Source of the DNA: Dehalococcoidia bacterium
GTDB taxonomy: Bacteria; Chloroflexota; Dehalococcoidia; Plut-88900
Length of the DNA stretch: 64,000 bases
Reading direction: 5' to 3'
Assembly: GCA_965197645.1 (NCBI GenBank)
Contig: OZ240219.1
Coordinates: 1,696,001-1,760,000, forward strand
Shown: in pieces, positions 1 to 9,643 of the stretch
Layout: each line of letters starts with the position of its first letter
Numbering within the stretch: position 1 is the first letter of the stretch
The notes under the pieces: model-generated
What the model was told of the DNA's origin: nothing
Database searches by the model: none
The model's input: only the letters and a program-made list of their open reading frames with translations
Position numbers and translations under genes: made by a program

Positions 1-73
1 GGACGCTGGTCAACTACGTGCTGGACCTGGCCGGTGAATGAGATCGTCGCACAGACGAAGTAGAGCCAACTGA

Positions 74-1207
74 ATGATTCAATCTCTAAGACGACAAAAG
101 AGGGATACAGACGAGGAGGAACGGGAGCGGTTCCTCGGCTATCTTCGAAACGAGCTGGAGTCATTGACCCTGTACAACTCCATGGCGGAGATAGAGAAGG
201 ACTCTGAACGGTCCCAGCTGTTTCGCAACCTGGCCCAGGCGGAAACGCGCCACGTTCGAGTGTGGGCCCGGAAACTGGGTATTGAAGACCCAATCAACCG
301 GATATCAGGTCGCACGACGAGAGTCAAGCTTCTTAGCTTCATCGCCCGGGTCTTCGGCACCCGGTCCGTAATGCCCCTCATCCTGAGAGCCGAGGCGGCG
401 GACATCGACACCCTCAGGGACGACCCCGACGCATCCTCGATTATAGGGGAGGAACGGGAGCACTTCGGCGCTTTGGGCAAGCTGGCGGGTACGGCTGGAT
501 ACGCCCAGATCGTCTCCCTGGAGCGTCGACACTACAGCGGCACGGCCAACGTTCGTGCAGGGGTGTTGGGGTTCAACGATGGCCTAGTGTCAAATCTCAG
601 TCTGGTGATGGGCGTGGCAGGAGCGACTACCGAGGTCGGCTTCATCGTCCTGGCAGGTGTGTCCGGGCTGCTGGCCGGAGCGTTTTCCATGGCCGCGGGA
701 GAGTACGTATCCGTCCGCGCCCAACGGGATATCTACGAGAGAGAGCTGGACGTGGAGCGGGCCGAGCTCAAGGAGGTGCCGGGGCAGGAGGCCCAGGAGT
801 TGGCGATGATCTATCGTGACAAGGGTTTCAGCCGGGAGGAGGCTAGGGCCGTCGCAAATCGCATCATCTCCAATCCCGAGGTGGCCCTTGAGACGTTGGC
901 TCGGGAGGAGCTCGGACTTGACCCGTCCCAGCTTGGCTCGCCCTGGGCTGCCGCTATCAGCTCTTTCATCGCCTTCGCCCTGGGGGCGCTGGTGCCCGTC
1001 TTGCCTCACATGATCGCTTCGGGGATGTTGGGCTTTGCTTTGAGCATCGGGATCAGCGGCGGCATGCTGTTGACCGTGGGCGCCCTCATCGCCGTTCTCA
1101 CCGGTAAGAACGGCATCGTAGGCGGTGTGCGCATGTTGATGGTGGGGGCAACCGCCGCTGCGATAACCTTCGGAATCGGGAATGCCGTCGGCGTTGTCAT
1201 CGATTGA
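74..1207 (+). CDS. VIT1/CCC1 family Fe/Mn transporter with N-terminal rubrerythrin/ferritin-like domain
   Basis: N-terminal ExxH motifs (ETRH, EREH); VIT1 signatures GFNDGLVS, GAFSMAAGEYVSV, LAREELG; C-terminal TM helices. Confidence 0.88.
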   Translation: MIQSLRRQKRDTDEEERERFLGYLRNELESLTLYNSMAEIEKDSERSQLFRNLAQAETRHVRVWARKLGIEDPINRISGRTTRVKLLSFIARVFGTRSVMPLILRAEAADIDTLRDDPDASSIIGEEREHFGALGKLAGTAGYAQIVSLERRHYSGTANVRAGVLGFNDGLVSNLSLVMGVAGATTEVGFIVLAGVSGLLAGAFSMAAGEYVSVRAQRDIYERELDVERAELKEVPGQEAQELAMIYRDKGFSREEARAVANRIISNPEVALETLAREELGLDPSQLGSPWAAAISSFIAFALGALVPVLPHMIASGMLGFALSIGISGGMLLTVGALIAVLTGKNGIVGGVRMLMVGATAAAITFGIGNAVGVVID

Positions 1208-1223
1208 GGAGCAAGCAGGTAAG

Positions 1224-2735
1224 ATGAGGAACCTACCGACAGTATTGCTTGTCCTTCTGATAGGCGCGGTTATCCTCTCGGGATGCAACCCTCGAGGATC
1301 ATCTGACGATGGGGCCTTTTCCGAGTGGATACCGGTCCCGTCCAACGCTGACTTCGTTGTCAGCATTCGCGTAGGCGAGCTACTGGCCGACCCAGACGTC
1401 GCCAGTATCGTCGAGTCCATATCCTTGTTCGACGGTGAGTCTCTAACCCTTGATAGTCTAGTGGCGGAGGCGACGGAGGAGGTGGGGATAGACTTTCGAC
1501 GGGTGAACAGGTTAATCGTATTTGGAGACCTGAATACTGACGAATATTTTGGGGCCCTCATTGAAAGCGATATAGACCAAGAGCTGTTCCTCGCCGAGCT
1601 GGAGGCGTTGCTGAACGAGTCGCCTAGCATTGAGGACTACAAGGGGTACGAACTGCATGTCTTCAGCGACGACGGTGTGACGCTGGTCTGGCTGGACTCG
1701 GACACCGTGCTGGCTGGCGGCCCCAGTTCGGAGGTGGCAAAGGACGTGATCGACGTCGTCGAACGCGATGCCGAGCCGGCGTCTGGCCCGATGATGGGCC
1801 TCTTCGGTACCCTGGGAGAACCTTGGGTCAAAGGCGCGTTCAAGCTACCGGCGGAGCTGGCGAGTGAAGACGAAGTGATAATTTCGGGTCTCGATCTAAG
1901 CCTGCTCACGGAGATCCAATTGATTGGCTTCGTCGTAGACAAGGTGCAGAGTGAGTTTAACGTAGAGGTGTCAATACGGTATCCAACAGAGGAGCGAGCG
2001 GAGGAGGCGGCCGAGGTACTGAACAGTCTCGTCACACTGATAGATGCGTTCACCGACGACGGGTACGCCGCGGGGTACATCGACCGGATCGAGGCATCAT
2101 CGGAAGACACCATCACAAGGGCTACCTACAGCATCACCGTCGAAGAGTTGCTATCGGCGTTCGAGGAGTGGACGGATCTATTGGCGAGCTTCGGGTTGGG
2201 CGATGAATTCTCTTCCTCCGAATCGGTGGAACCCCTGGAGATTGAGGGGACAACCGACCCAACGGACGGAGCTCCCCAATTGCTGGTCGGAGAGCTGTAT
2301 TTTCAGGCCGTTGCAATCGATAGCCGGGAGCATATCCCCGTCGGGCAGGCCGCTCGCTCCTATTCCAGCAACCCGCCTACATCCGGCCCTCATTGGAGCG
2401 CGGTGGGCATTGCGCCAACACCCTGGGGCATCAAGACGGACGTGGTGCCGGACGAGGCTCTGGTGCACAATCTGGAGCACGGCGGCATAGTCATCCACTA
2501 TCAGCCTACGGCCCCTCCAAGTCTCGTAGATCAGCTAGTGAGCTTTGTTCAAAGCCAGCCGAACTATCCCAACGGATACGTTCTGGCCCCGCGAGAAACC
2601 TTGCCCGCCACTATCACCCTGAGCGCGTGGGAATACTATCTCCCTCTGTTCCAGTTTAACGAGCAGCAGATGCGGGGCTTCATAAGCGCGCACTACGACC
2701 AAGGGCCAGAGACATTAGACGGCCAACTCAAGTAA
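1224..2735 (+). CDS. Acidic lipoprotein with C-terminal DUF3105-like domain
   Basis: Signal peptide with lipobox LSGC from ATG 1224 (ORF track starts 1182); C-terminal NPPTSGPHW and VHNLEHG motifs. Confidence 0.7.
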   Translation: MRNLPTVLLVLLIGAVILSGCNPRGSSDDGAFSEWIPVPSNADFVVSIRVGELLADPDVASIVESISLFDGESLTLDSLVAEATEEVGIDFRRVNRLIVFGDLNTDEYFGALIESDIDQELFLAELEALLNESPSIEDYKGYELHVFSDDGVTLVWLDSDTVLAGGPSSEVAKDVIDVVERDAEPASGPMMGLFGTLGEPWVKGAFKLPAELASEDEVIISGLDLSLLTEIQLIGFVVDKVQSEFNVEVSIRYPTEERAEEAAEVLNSLVTLIDAFTDDGYAAGYIDRIEASSEDTITRATYSITVEELLSAFEEWTDLLASFGLGDEFSSSESVEPLEIEGTTDPTDGAPQLLVGELYFQAVAIDSREHIPVGQAARSYSSNPPTSGPHWSAVGIAPTPWGIKTDVVPDEALVHNLEHGGIVIHYQPTAPPSLVDQLVSFVQSQPNYPNGYVLAPRETLPATITLSAWEYYLPLFQFNEQQMRGFISAHYDQGPETLDGQLK

Positions 2736-2862
2736 GAGCTGGGCCGCCCTTAGCCATGTTTCTGGCCAAGATCTTCGTCACGCTAAAGCCGACGTGAATG
2801 ACCCCCAGCCCTGAACGGTCAGGAAGCCACGTGGATGTTCGGAAGGGCTTTTCGATACTCGG

Positions 2863-3834
2863 CTACACCCGGCGACTCTCAGTCAAAATCTCCCTGAGCT
2901 GAGCGATGTCCAGGTTGCCGCCGCTGAGGACCAGCACCACCTTCTTGCCCCTTATCCGGCTCCTGATCTGCAAGGCTCCGGCCAGGGCCGCGGCCCCGGC
3001 TCCTTCAGCGAGAGAGTGGGCCTTCTCCAACAGCATGACTATCGCCGCCTTCATCTCCTCTTCGCTGACCTGAAGGAAATCGTCCAATAGGTCCCTCATT
3101 ATGCTCTGGGTCAGGTCGAAGGGTACCCGGGTGGCCAGCCCTTCGGCGAAGGTCTCCACCTTCGCCTCTACGTGCGTTCGATTCTTCCAGGACAGGTATG
3201 CCGCGGGCGCTTTCTCGGCCCCGACCCCTATGACCTGTATGGCGGGATTGATGCTCTTGGACACGATGGCGGTGCCGCACACTCCGCTTCCCCCTCCTAC
3301 CGGCACCAGAACGACGTCGACGTCCGGGAGGTCCTCGATGATCTCCAGGGCGTAGGTACCGACGCCTGCTATGAGGAGCGGTTCGTTGCCGCTGTGGATG
3401 TACCTGTAGTTGAACTCGGCGGTCAGGCGACCTACCTCTTCTCGGGCCTCGTCGAAGTCGGCGCCGTGGACCACGATCTCTGCACCCAGATTTTCCATGG
3501 CCTCGACCTTGCCCGGGTTGGCGCCTTCCGGCACCACGATGACGGACTTGGTTCCGAACAGCCGGCTGGCGTAAGCCACGGACTGACCATGGTTCCCCGT
3601 GGATGCCGAGATCACGCCCCTGGCTCTCTCGTCGTTGGAGAGCCTGGAGATCAGATTGATGCCGCCCCTGACTTTGAATGCGCCAATGGGTTGGTGGTTC
3701 TCGTGCTTCAGATAGGTCTCGGAGCCCAGGACCTGGCTGAGGCCCGGGTAGTGGATCAGGGGAGTGGGAGGTAGATAAGGGCTGATGACGTCACGCGCTG
3801 ACAAGACGTCTGCCAGTGTTGGGCGATGATCCAT
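2863..3834 (-). CDS. PLP-dependent threonine/serine dehydratase (fold type II, no ACT domain)
   Basis: GAFKVRG PLP lysine, STGNHG, PVGGGSG, LSGGN. Confidence 0.9.
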   Translation of the reverse strand: MDHRPTLADVLSARDVISPYLPPTPLIHYPGLSQVLGSETYLKHENHQPIGAFKVRGGINLISRLSNDERARGVISASTGNHGQSVAYASRLFGTKSVIVVPEGANPGKVEAMENLGAEIVVHGADFDEAREEVGRLTAEFNYRYIHSGNEPLLIAGVGTYALEIIEDLPDVDVVLVPVGGGSGVCGTAIVSKSINPAIQVIGVGAEKAPAAYLSWKNRTHVEAKVETFAEGLATRVPFDLTQSIMRDLLDDFLQVSEEEMKAAIVMLLEKAHSLAEGAGAAALAGALQIRSRIRGKKVVLVLSGGNLDIAQLREILTESRRV

Positions 3835-3952
3835 ATGTCGGGCTCAATGCCTCCTTGGAGGGGATTTGGCCCCATGATAAGAGCGGTCCCGTAGTGGTGC
3901 AATGCTTGATCCGGCGCTGGTTGCAACTTGCCTGTACCGAGTTGAGTTATTG

Positions 3953-3981
3953 TTGAAATGAGTACCGACGCAGTGTAACAT
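3953..3981 (+). promoter_or_regulatory. Putative sigma70 promoter for prkA-rplS-priA
   Basis: TTGAAA-17 nt-TAACAT, followed by strong RBS GGAGGAGG before ATG 4040. Confidence 0.45.
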
Positions 3982-4039
3982 CGAAGGTATGCCATCAGCT
4001 TCGTGGAAGGCTCGACGGAGGAGGAGTCAGGGGTTGTAA

Positions 4040-6109
4040 ATGGACCTGGACAAACTGCTGGAAGAGGCTAGACAGGACCAGGAGAAGCTCAGCTGGGAAG
4101 GTACCTTTGGCGACTATCTGGAGATGGTCATCAAGGACCCCGGATTGGCCAGGCTGTCCCACGCCCGGATCTACGACATGATAATGGGCGCCGGCGTGGA
4201 GACCAATGAGCTGGGCGAGCGCCAATACAAGCTCTTCCTGGATGACCTGTATGGCCTGGAGCGGCCTCTGGAGCGCATCGTTGACTACTTCAGCTCCGCC
4301 GCCAACCGCCTGGAGGTCCGCAAGCGGATACTCCTGCTCCTGGGTCCTCCCAGCACCGGCAAGTCCACCATCGTCAACATACTGAAGAAGGCCCTGGAAG
4401 AGTACACCAGGACCGAAGAAGGCGAGGTCTACTCCATCAAGGGCTGTCCCATGCAGGAGGAGCCTCTCCACCTGATACCGGACCGGCTTCGAGCACAGTT
4501 CGAGAAGGAGTACGGGGTGTATATCGAGGGCGATCTGTGTCCTCACTGCACCTACGTGCTTCGGGACCGATACCAGGGTAAAGTCAAAGAGGTGCCTGTG
4601 GAACGGATCGTGCTCAGCGAGCGGCAGGGTGTCGGCATCGGCACCTACGTAGCGACCGACCCGGAGTCCCAGGACATCACCCGTCTCGTCGGGTCTATAG
4701 ATTCGTCCTTCGTCGGGAAGGATAGGGTGGAGACGGCCGGCAAGACCTACCGATTGGACGGCGAGCTGAACGTGGCCAGCCGCGGCGTCATGGACTTCAT
4801 AGAGATGCTCAAGTGCAACGAGCTGTTCCTGACCACTCTGGTGACGGTGACCCAAGAGCAGACCATCAAGATGGGCAGGTTCGGCACCGTCTACGTGGAC
4901 GAAGCGATAGTGGCCCACAGCAACGAAGGCGACTATCGCGCCTTCGTTGAGAACCAGCACACCGAGGCGCTGCAAGACCGGATAGTGTTGGTAAAGATCC
5001 CCTATAACCTCAAGCTGAGTGAAGAGACCCGCATTTATCGGAAGCTGCTTCAGGGGACCGAGACCGACAAGGTCCACTTCGCTCCTCTCACCCTCAACGT
5101 GGCGAGCACCCTGGCGATCCTGTCCAGGCTGGACACCTCGAAGAAGAGCGGGATGTCCATCATGGACAAGCTGGCCCTGTACGATGGCCAGCACGTGCGA
5201 GGATTCAGCCGTAAGGACGCGATAGAGCTGCAGGACAAGTCCACGGACGAAGGCCTCACAGGCATCTCTCCCAGGTACGTGGTGAACCGGCTCTCGGCTT
5301 TGAGCTCCGATCCGGACCTGAAGTGCATCGATCCCATGACTGCTCTTCAGGCCCTGGCGGACGGGCTGGACCAGCACATACCTATCTACGAGCAGACCAT
5401 GGAGCCGGTGGACGGTCAACAACAGCAACCCCGGCGTTCGAGGGTTACGGGTCTTACTTCCAAGGAAGACTACTTGAAGGGCCTGCAGACCATATTCATC
5501 GAGGCCCGTGATGGGTACAGGGAGCTGGCGAAGAAGGAGTTTCGAAAGGCCTTCGTGGACTCCTTCGAGCACCAGGCTCGGAACACTTTCAATACCTACG
5601 TCAAGAACATCACGGCCTATGTGAACGACGACAAGATCATCGATGAAGGGTCCGGGCAAGAGCGGGAGTCGGACGATCGGTTCATGAGGCAGATCGAGGA
5701 CTCCGCTTCAATCCGAGGGCATAATCGCGATGCCTTTCGGAAGGAAGCGCTCGACCGCTTGAGCTACCTAAAGGAGAGGGGTCGGGAGATCGATTACACC
5801 AGCCATGATATCCTTAAGGACGGCATCGAGAGGCGACTGCTCCCGGACGGCCGCGAGATAGAGCAGGTACTGCACTCCGGCAGAATATCCGATGAGGAAC
5901 GAAGGGAAAAGCTTGAACAGGTCCGGAAGCGGTTGGTAGATCATTTCGGATACTGTCAAATCTGCTCTGCAAAGCTGGTAGACTACGTGGCATCGGATAC
6001 CAGCGATTCAAGAGAGCTATACAGGGGAAGGAGAGAACCGACAAACAGAGAACTTGAGCCGATAGGACAAAGGCGAGGCTTGTTCAGCTGGTTGTTGGGC
6101 GATAGATAG
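4040..6109 (+). CDS. prkA: PrkA/YeaG family AAA+ serine protein kinase
   Basis: Walker [42 protein letters not shown], GYCxxCS C-terminus. Confidence 0.85.
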   Translation: MDLDKLLEEARQDQEKLSWEGTFGDYLEMVIKDPGLARLSHARIYDMIMGAGVETNELGERQYKLFLDDLYGLERPLERIVDYFSSAANRLEVRKRILLLLGPPSTGKSTIVNILKKALEEYTRTEEGEVYSIKGCPMQEEPLHLIPDRLRAQFEKEYGVYIEGDLCPHCTYVLRDRYQGKVKEVPVERIVLSERQGVGIGTYVATDPESQDITRLVGSIDSSFVGKDRVETAGKTYRLDGELNVASRGVMDFIEMLKCNELFLTTLVTVTQEQTIKMGRFGTVYVDEAIVAHSNEGDYRAFVENQHTEALQDRIVLVKIPYNLKLSEETRIYRKLLQGTETDKVHFAPLTLNVASTLAILSRLDTSKKSGMSIMDKLALYDGQHVRGFSRKDAIELQDKSTDEGLTGISPRYVVNRLSALSSDPDLKCIDPMTALQALADGLDQHIPIYEQTMEPVDGQQQQPRRSRVTGLTSKEDYLKGLQTIFIEARDGYRELAKKEFRKAFVDSFEHQARNTFNTYVKNITAYVNDDKIIDEGSGQERESDDRFMRQIEDSASIRGHNRDAFRKEALDRLSYLKERGREIDYTSHDILKDGIERRLLPDGREIEQVLHSGRISDEERREKLEQVRKRLVDHFGYCQICSAKLVDYVASDTSDSRELYRGRREPTNRELEPIGQRRGLFSWLLGDR

Positions 6110-6114
6110 AAACT

Positions 6115-6477
6115 ATGAGTCCTCTTATAAAAGTCGATGTAGCAGACATAGTCAAGGTGGAACCCAACCCAGACGTCCCCCGCATCGAGTCGGGGCAGAC
6201 GGTCAAGGTCCACTTCAAGGTCGTCGAGGGAGAGCGGGAGCGGGTCCAGGTGTTCCAGGGAACGGTCATCCGGGTGCGCAATGGCGGCCCGGACGCCAAC
6301 TTTACCGTTCGGCGCATCTCCCACGGAGTGGGCGTGGAGCGCACCTTCCTTCTACACTCCCCCAGACTTCAAAAGGTAGAGGTGGTCCGCCACGGCAGGG
6401 TCAGGCGGTCCCGGCTCTACTACCTGAGGCAACGGTCCGGCAAGGCCGCCCGCATCCGAGAGAAGCGCTTCAACTAG
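6115..6477 (+). CDS. rplS: 50S ribosomal protein L19
   Basis: [39 protein letters not shown]. Confidence 0.97.
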   Translation: MSPLIKVDVADIVKVEPNPDVPRIESGQTVKVHFKVVEGERERVQVFQGTVIRVRNGGPDANFTVRRISHGVGVERTFLLHSPRLQKVEVVRHGRVRRSRLYYLRQRSGKAARIREKRFN

Positions 6478-6548
6478 TGGCGCCCTTGGGAACGGACCTC
6501 TTTCCGTGCCCGGAGGCGCAAGCTCGGACCGGAAATGCTCGCTTGTAG

Positions 6549-9011
6549 ATGAGCTTCGCAGAGGTAGCAGTAGACGCCCCTTGGACGCAACAGAGGACAT
6601 TTAGCTACTCCGTTCCCAACGAGCTCTCCGTACAGGCAGCCCAATCGGTCTGGGTCCCCTTCGGACGGCGGGTCCTTCAGGGGATAGTTTACGAGATTGG
6701 CCCCACCTCCGCGGTCGAAGAGACCAAGGACGTAATCTCCGTAATCGATCCTTCTCCCCTTTTGTCGCAAGCACAGCTAAATCTGGCCCGCTGGATCTCA
6801 GGGCGCTATCTCACCTCCCTGTTTGACGCCACGGCCCTGATGCTTCCCGCTGGTTTTCGCAGGCGAATCCTCACCTTCTTCTCCATCGCTCCGGTCTGCC
6901 ATGACAAGCCTTCAAGCCCCGGTCAGAAACGGGTCTTCGATTACGTGCAACGCCGGGGCACGGTGGAGCTGGAATCCATGAAGAAGGGTCTTGGCGTCAA
7001 GGCGGTCAATGCGGCGGAAAGAATGGCCAAGAAAGGCATTCTAAATCGTGAATGGCGTTGGGCCAGGCCGAAAATAGGGCCCAAGTACGTCAATGCTGTA
7101 CGGCTGGCCATCGACAAAGACGAAGCTGCCATTCAGATGGAGGCGCTGAGGAAAAAGCGGGCTACCCGGCGATCGGCTCTTATCGGGGCCCTGGTAGACC
7201 ACGACGGGCCAATCTCATCCACCGAGCTGCGGGGCTTGGACATCGATCCCTCAGTGGCGAGAGCGCTGGAGGAGCAGGGGCTGGTAACCATCGAACGGGT
7301 CCGCGTGCACCGGGACCCGTTGGGATACAAGAGCTTCCAGCGATCTTCCCAGCCCCGGCTCACCCGACACCAGCAGGAAGCCTGGCAGACCGTATCCGAT
7401 TCCATGGACCGGGGTGAAGCGAGACCGTTCCTTCTATACGGGGTCACCGGCAGTGGAAAAACCGAAATATACCTCAGAGCCCTGGAAAAGGCTGTGGCCC
7501 TCGGTAAGCGGGGCCTGGTCCTCGTGCCGGAGATATCTCTCACGCCCCAGACCATCGACCGGTTCGGCTCCCGATTTCCGAACAGGGTTGCAGTGCTCCA
7601 CAGCCGGTTGTCCCTGGGGGAGCGGTTCGATGAGTGGTGGCGGATAAAAGAGGGGCAGTTCGACGTGGTGATAGGCTCGAGGAGCGCGGTCTTCGCCCCT
7701 CAGCCGGACCTGGGTCTGATTGTGCTCGACGAAGAGCATGACGCCGCATACAAGCAGGCCGACCCGGCGCCCCGGTATCACGCTCGAGAGGTGACATTGA
7801 AGCTGGCCCGGGAGACCGGCGCCACGGTCGTGTTGGGAAGCGCTACCCCGGACGTCGGCATCTACCACAGGGCTAGCCAGGGTGAGTTCCAGCTACTGGA
7901 GCTGCCCGAACGGATTATCGCCAACGGCCCCTCGCTCCGAGAGGACAACGGCTCTGCGCAGTACCAGGTGAAGGAGAAGCCGCAGCTTCCCCAGGTACAG
8001 GTAGTCGACATGAGGGCGGAGCTGCGAGAGGGCAACAGGAGTATCTTTAGTAGTGCCCTCACCGGGGCCATAGACTCCGCTCTGTCCAGCAGGGAACAGA
8101 TAATCCTGTTTATCAACCGCCGGGGGACCGCGGCTTTCATCCAGTGCCAGGACTGCGGCTACTCCTCCAAATGCAAGAGATGCGAGGTAAGTCTGACGTA
8201 CCACTCGTCCTGGGAACGGCTGGTGTGCCATCACTGCGGCTACAACACCACCAGGCCGAAGACCTGTCAGGAGTGTGGCAGCCAGCGGCTCGGCTATCTG
8301 GGTCTAGGGACGCAAGGGGTGGAGGAGGAGATGCTCAGAGCTTTTCCCAGCGCCAGGTTGCTCCGCTGGGACAGAGACGTCACTGGCGGCAAGCACTCCC
8401 ACGAGGAGATACTGCAGAAATTTCTTTCCCACGAGGCCGATGTACTGATAGGGACCCAGATGATAGCCAAGGGCCTGCACATGCCCCGGGTGACGCTGGT
8501 AGGGGTGATAAGCGCCGACGTCGGCATCAACCTGCCGGACTTTCGGGCGGGCGAGAGAGTATTCCAGGTATTGAATCAGGTGGCCGGGCGGGCCGGCCGC
8601 GGGCCTTTGGGGGGCAGCGTGATAGTCCAGACTTTCAACCCGCACCACTATGCCATCGAAGCGGCGGCCCACCACGACTACGCCGGGTTCTACAAGCAGG
8701 AGATGACCTATAGAAGGCATCACCATTACCCTCCCTTCAGCAGGCTCGCCAGGCTGGTCTATACCCACACAGGTATGGCCCAAACCCGTGAGGAGTCCCA
8801 GCGGATGGCCAAGGAGCTGAGACGAGAGGTGGAGGTCAAGGGGACTCCAAACACGGACGTCCTGGGCCCGGTGCCCTGCTACATACCCAGGGTTAGAGGC
8901 AGGCACAGGTGGCAGATTCTGGTCAGAACGTCCGAACCTGAAGTGCTCCTAAAAGATATCCCGTTGCCGGAGCGATGGGCAGTCGATATAGACCCGGCAA
9001 CCCTTCTTTGA
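6549..9011 (+). CDS. priA: Primosomal protein N' (replication restart helicase)
   Basis: GVTGSGKTE, DEEHD, GSATP, four CxxC Zn motifs, GTQMIAKG, QVAGRAGR. Confidence 0.96.
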   Translation: MSFAEVAVDAPWTQQRTFSYSVPNELSVQAAQSVWVPFGRRVLQGIVYEIGPTSAVEETKDVISVIDPSPLLSQAQLNLARWISGRYLTSLFDATALMLPAGFRRRILTFFSIAPVCHDKPSSPGQKRVFDYVQRRGTVELESMKKGLGVKAVNAAERMAKKGILNREWRWARPKIGPKYVNAVRLAIDKDEAAIQMEALRKKRATRRSALIGALVDHDGPISSTELRGLDIDPSVARALEEQGLVTIERVRVHRDPLGYKSFQRSSQPRLTRHQQEAWQTVSDSMDRGEARPFLLYGVTGSGKTEIYLRALEKAVALGKRGLVLVPEISLTPQTIDRFGSRFPNRVAVLHSRLSLGERFDEWWRIKEGQFDVVIGSRSAVFAPQPDLGLIVLDEEHDAAYKQADPAPRYHAREVTLKLARETGATVVLGSATPDVGIYHRASQGEFQLLELPERIIANGPSLREDNGSAQYQVKEKPQLPQVQVVDMRAELREGNRSIFSSALTGAIDSALSSREQIILFINRRGTAAFIQCQDCGYSSKCKRCEVSLTYHSSWERLVCHHCGYNTTRPKTCQECGSQRLGYLGLGTQGVEEEMLRAFPSARLLRWDRDVTGGKHSHEEILQKFLSHEADVLIGTQMIAKGLHMPRVTLVGVISADVGINLPDFRAGERVFQVLNQVAGRAGRGPLGGSVIVQTFNPHHYAIEAAAHHDYAGFYKQEMTYRRHHHYPPFSRLARLVYTHTGMAQTREESQRMAKELRREVEVKGTPNTDVLGPVPCYIPRVRGRHRWQILVRTSEPEVLLKDIPLPERWAVDIDPATLL

Positions 9012-9013
9012 GG

Positions 9014-9042
9014 TTTACAAGTTTTAGACCATTTCATAAAAT
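9014..9042 (+). promoter_or_regulatory. Putative sigma70 promoter for def-cca
   Basis: TTTACA-17 nt-TAAAAT in AT-rich gap; RBS GGAGG before TTG 9116. Confidence 0.55.
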
Positions 9043-9115
9043 GTAGCCCGATTCAATCCTGTGGTCGGCACGGCCTTAATATCTAGTCTAGAAAGCAAAC
9101 TGGTGGAGGCCTAAC

Positions 9116-9643
9116 TTGGCGGTTCGTCCCCTTAGAGTCGTGCCCGATCCGGTCCTTCGGCAGAAGGCCAAGAAGGTACGAAACATAGACGCCTCTATAC
9201 GCAGGCTGGTCGAGGATATGATCGATACGATGCGGGCCAACCATGGGGTTGGGCTGGCGGCGCCCCAGGTTGGCGTGTCCCTCAGGGTTATAGTAATCGA
9301 GATACCGGAGGAGCCGGTACTGACCATGGTCAATCCGGAAATAGTGAAAAGGTCCGGACTGCGGGATGTAACCGAGGGCTGTCTCAGCGTGCCCGGCTAT
9401 CGAGGCGAAATCAAGCGCGCCGAGACGATCACTGCCAAGGGACTGGGCCTTGACGGCAAAGTGGTACGGATCAAGGGCCAGGAGCTTCTCGCCCAGGCTC
9501 TGGAGCACGAAACTGGACATATTCAGGGCAACCTATACACTGACTTGCTGGAGAGCATGGACGATCTCTACAGGCTGGAGCTGGCAGAGGAATCGCCGAG
9601 GATCCATGCCGCCGATCCAGTATCCCACGGTACGGATAGTTGA
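9116..9643 (+). CDS. def: Peptide deformylase
   Basis: GVGLAAPQ, EGCLS, HETGH (variant of HExxH); TTG start. Confidence 0.93.
   Translation: MAVRPLRVVPDPVLRQKAKKVRNIDASIRRLVEDMIDTMRANHGVGLAAPQVGVSLRVIVIEIPEEPVLTMVNPEIVKRSGLRDVTEGCLSVPGYRGEIKRAETITAKGLGLDGKVVRIKGQELLAQALEHETGHIQGNLYTDLLESMDDLYRLELAEESPRIHAADPVSHGTDS

Noticed and set aside
1-41. Possible 3' end of an upstream CDS (TLVNYVLDLAGE-stop, frame 3)
   Set aside because: Too short to support or identify
2740-2862. Intergenic region between convergent genes considered as SRP RNA or tRNA-Sec
   Set aside because: No SRP domain IV consensus and no cloverleaf
3995-5659. Long antisense ORFs (this one and e.g. 34278-35792, 47132-48079, 52243-53475)
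   Set aside because: Shadows of well-supported genes on the opposite strand in GC-rich DNA; no recognisable motifs
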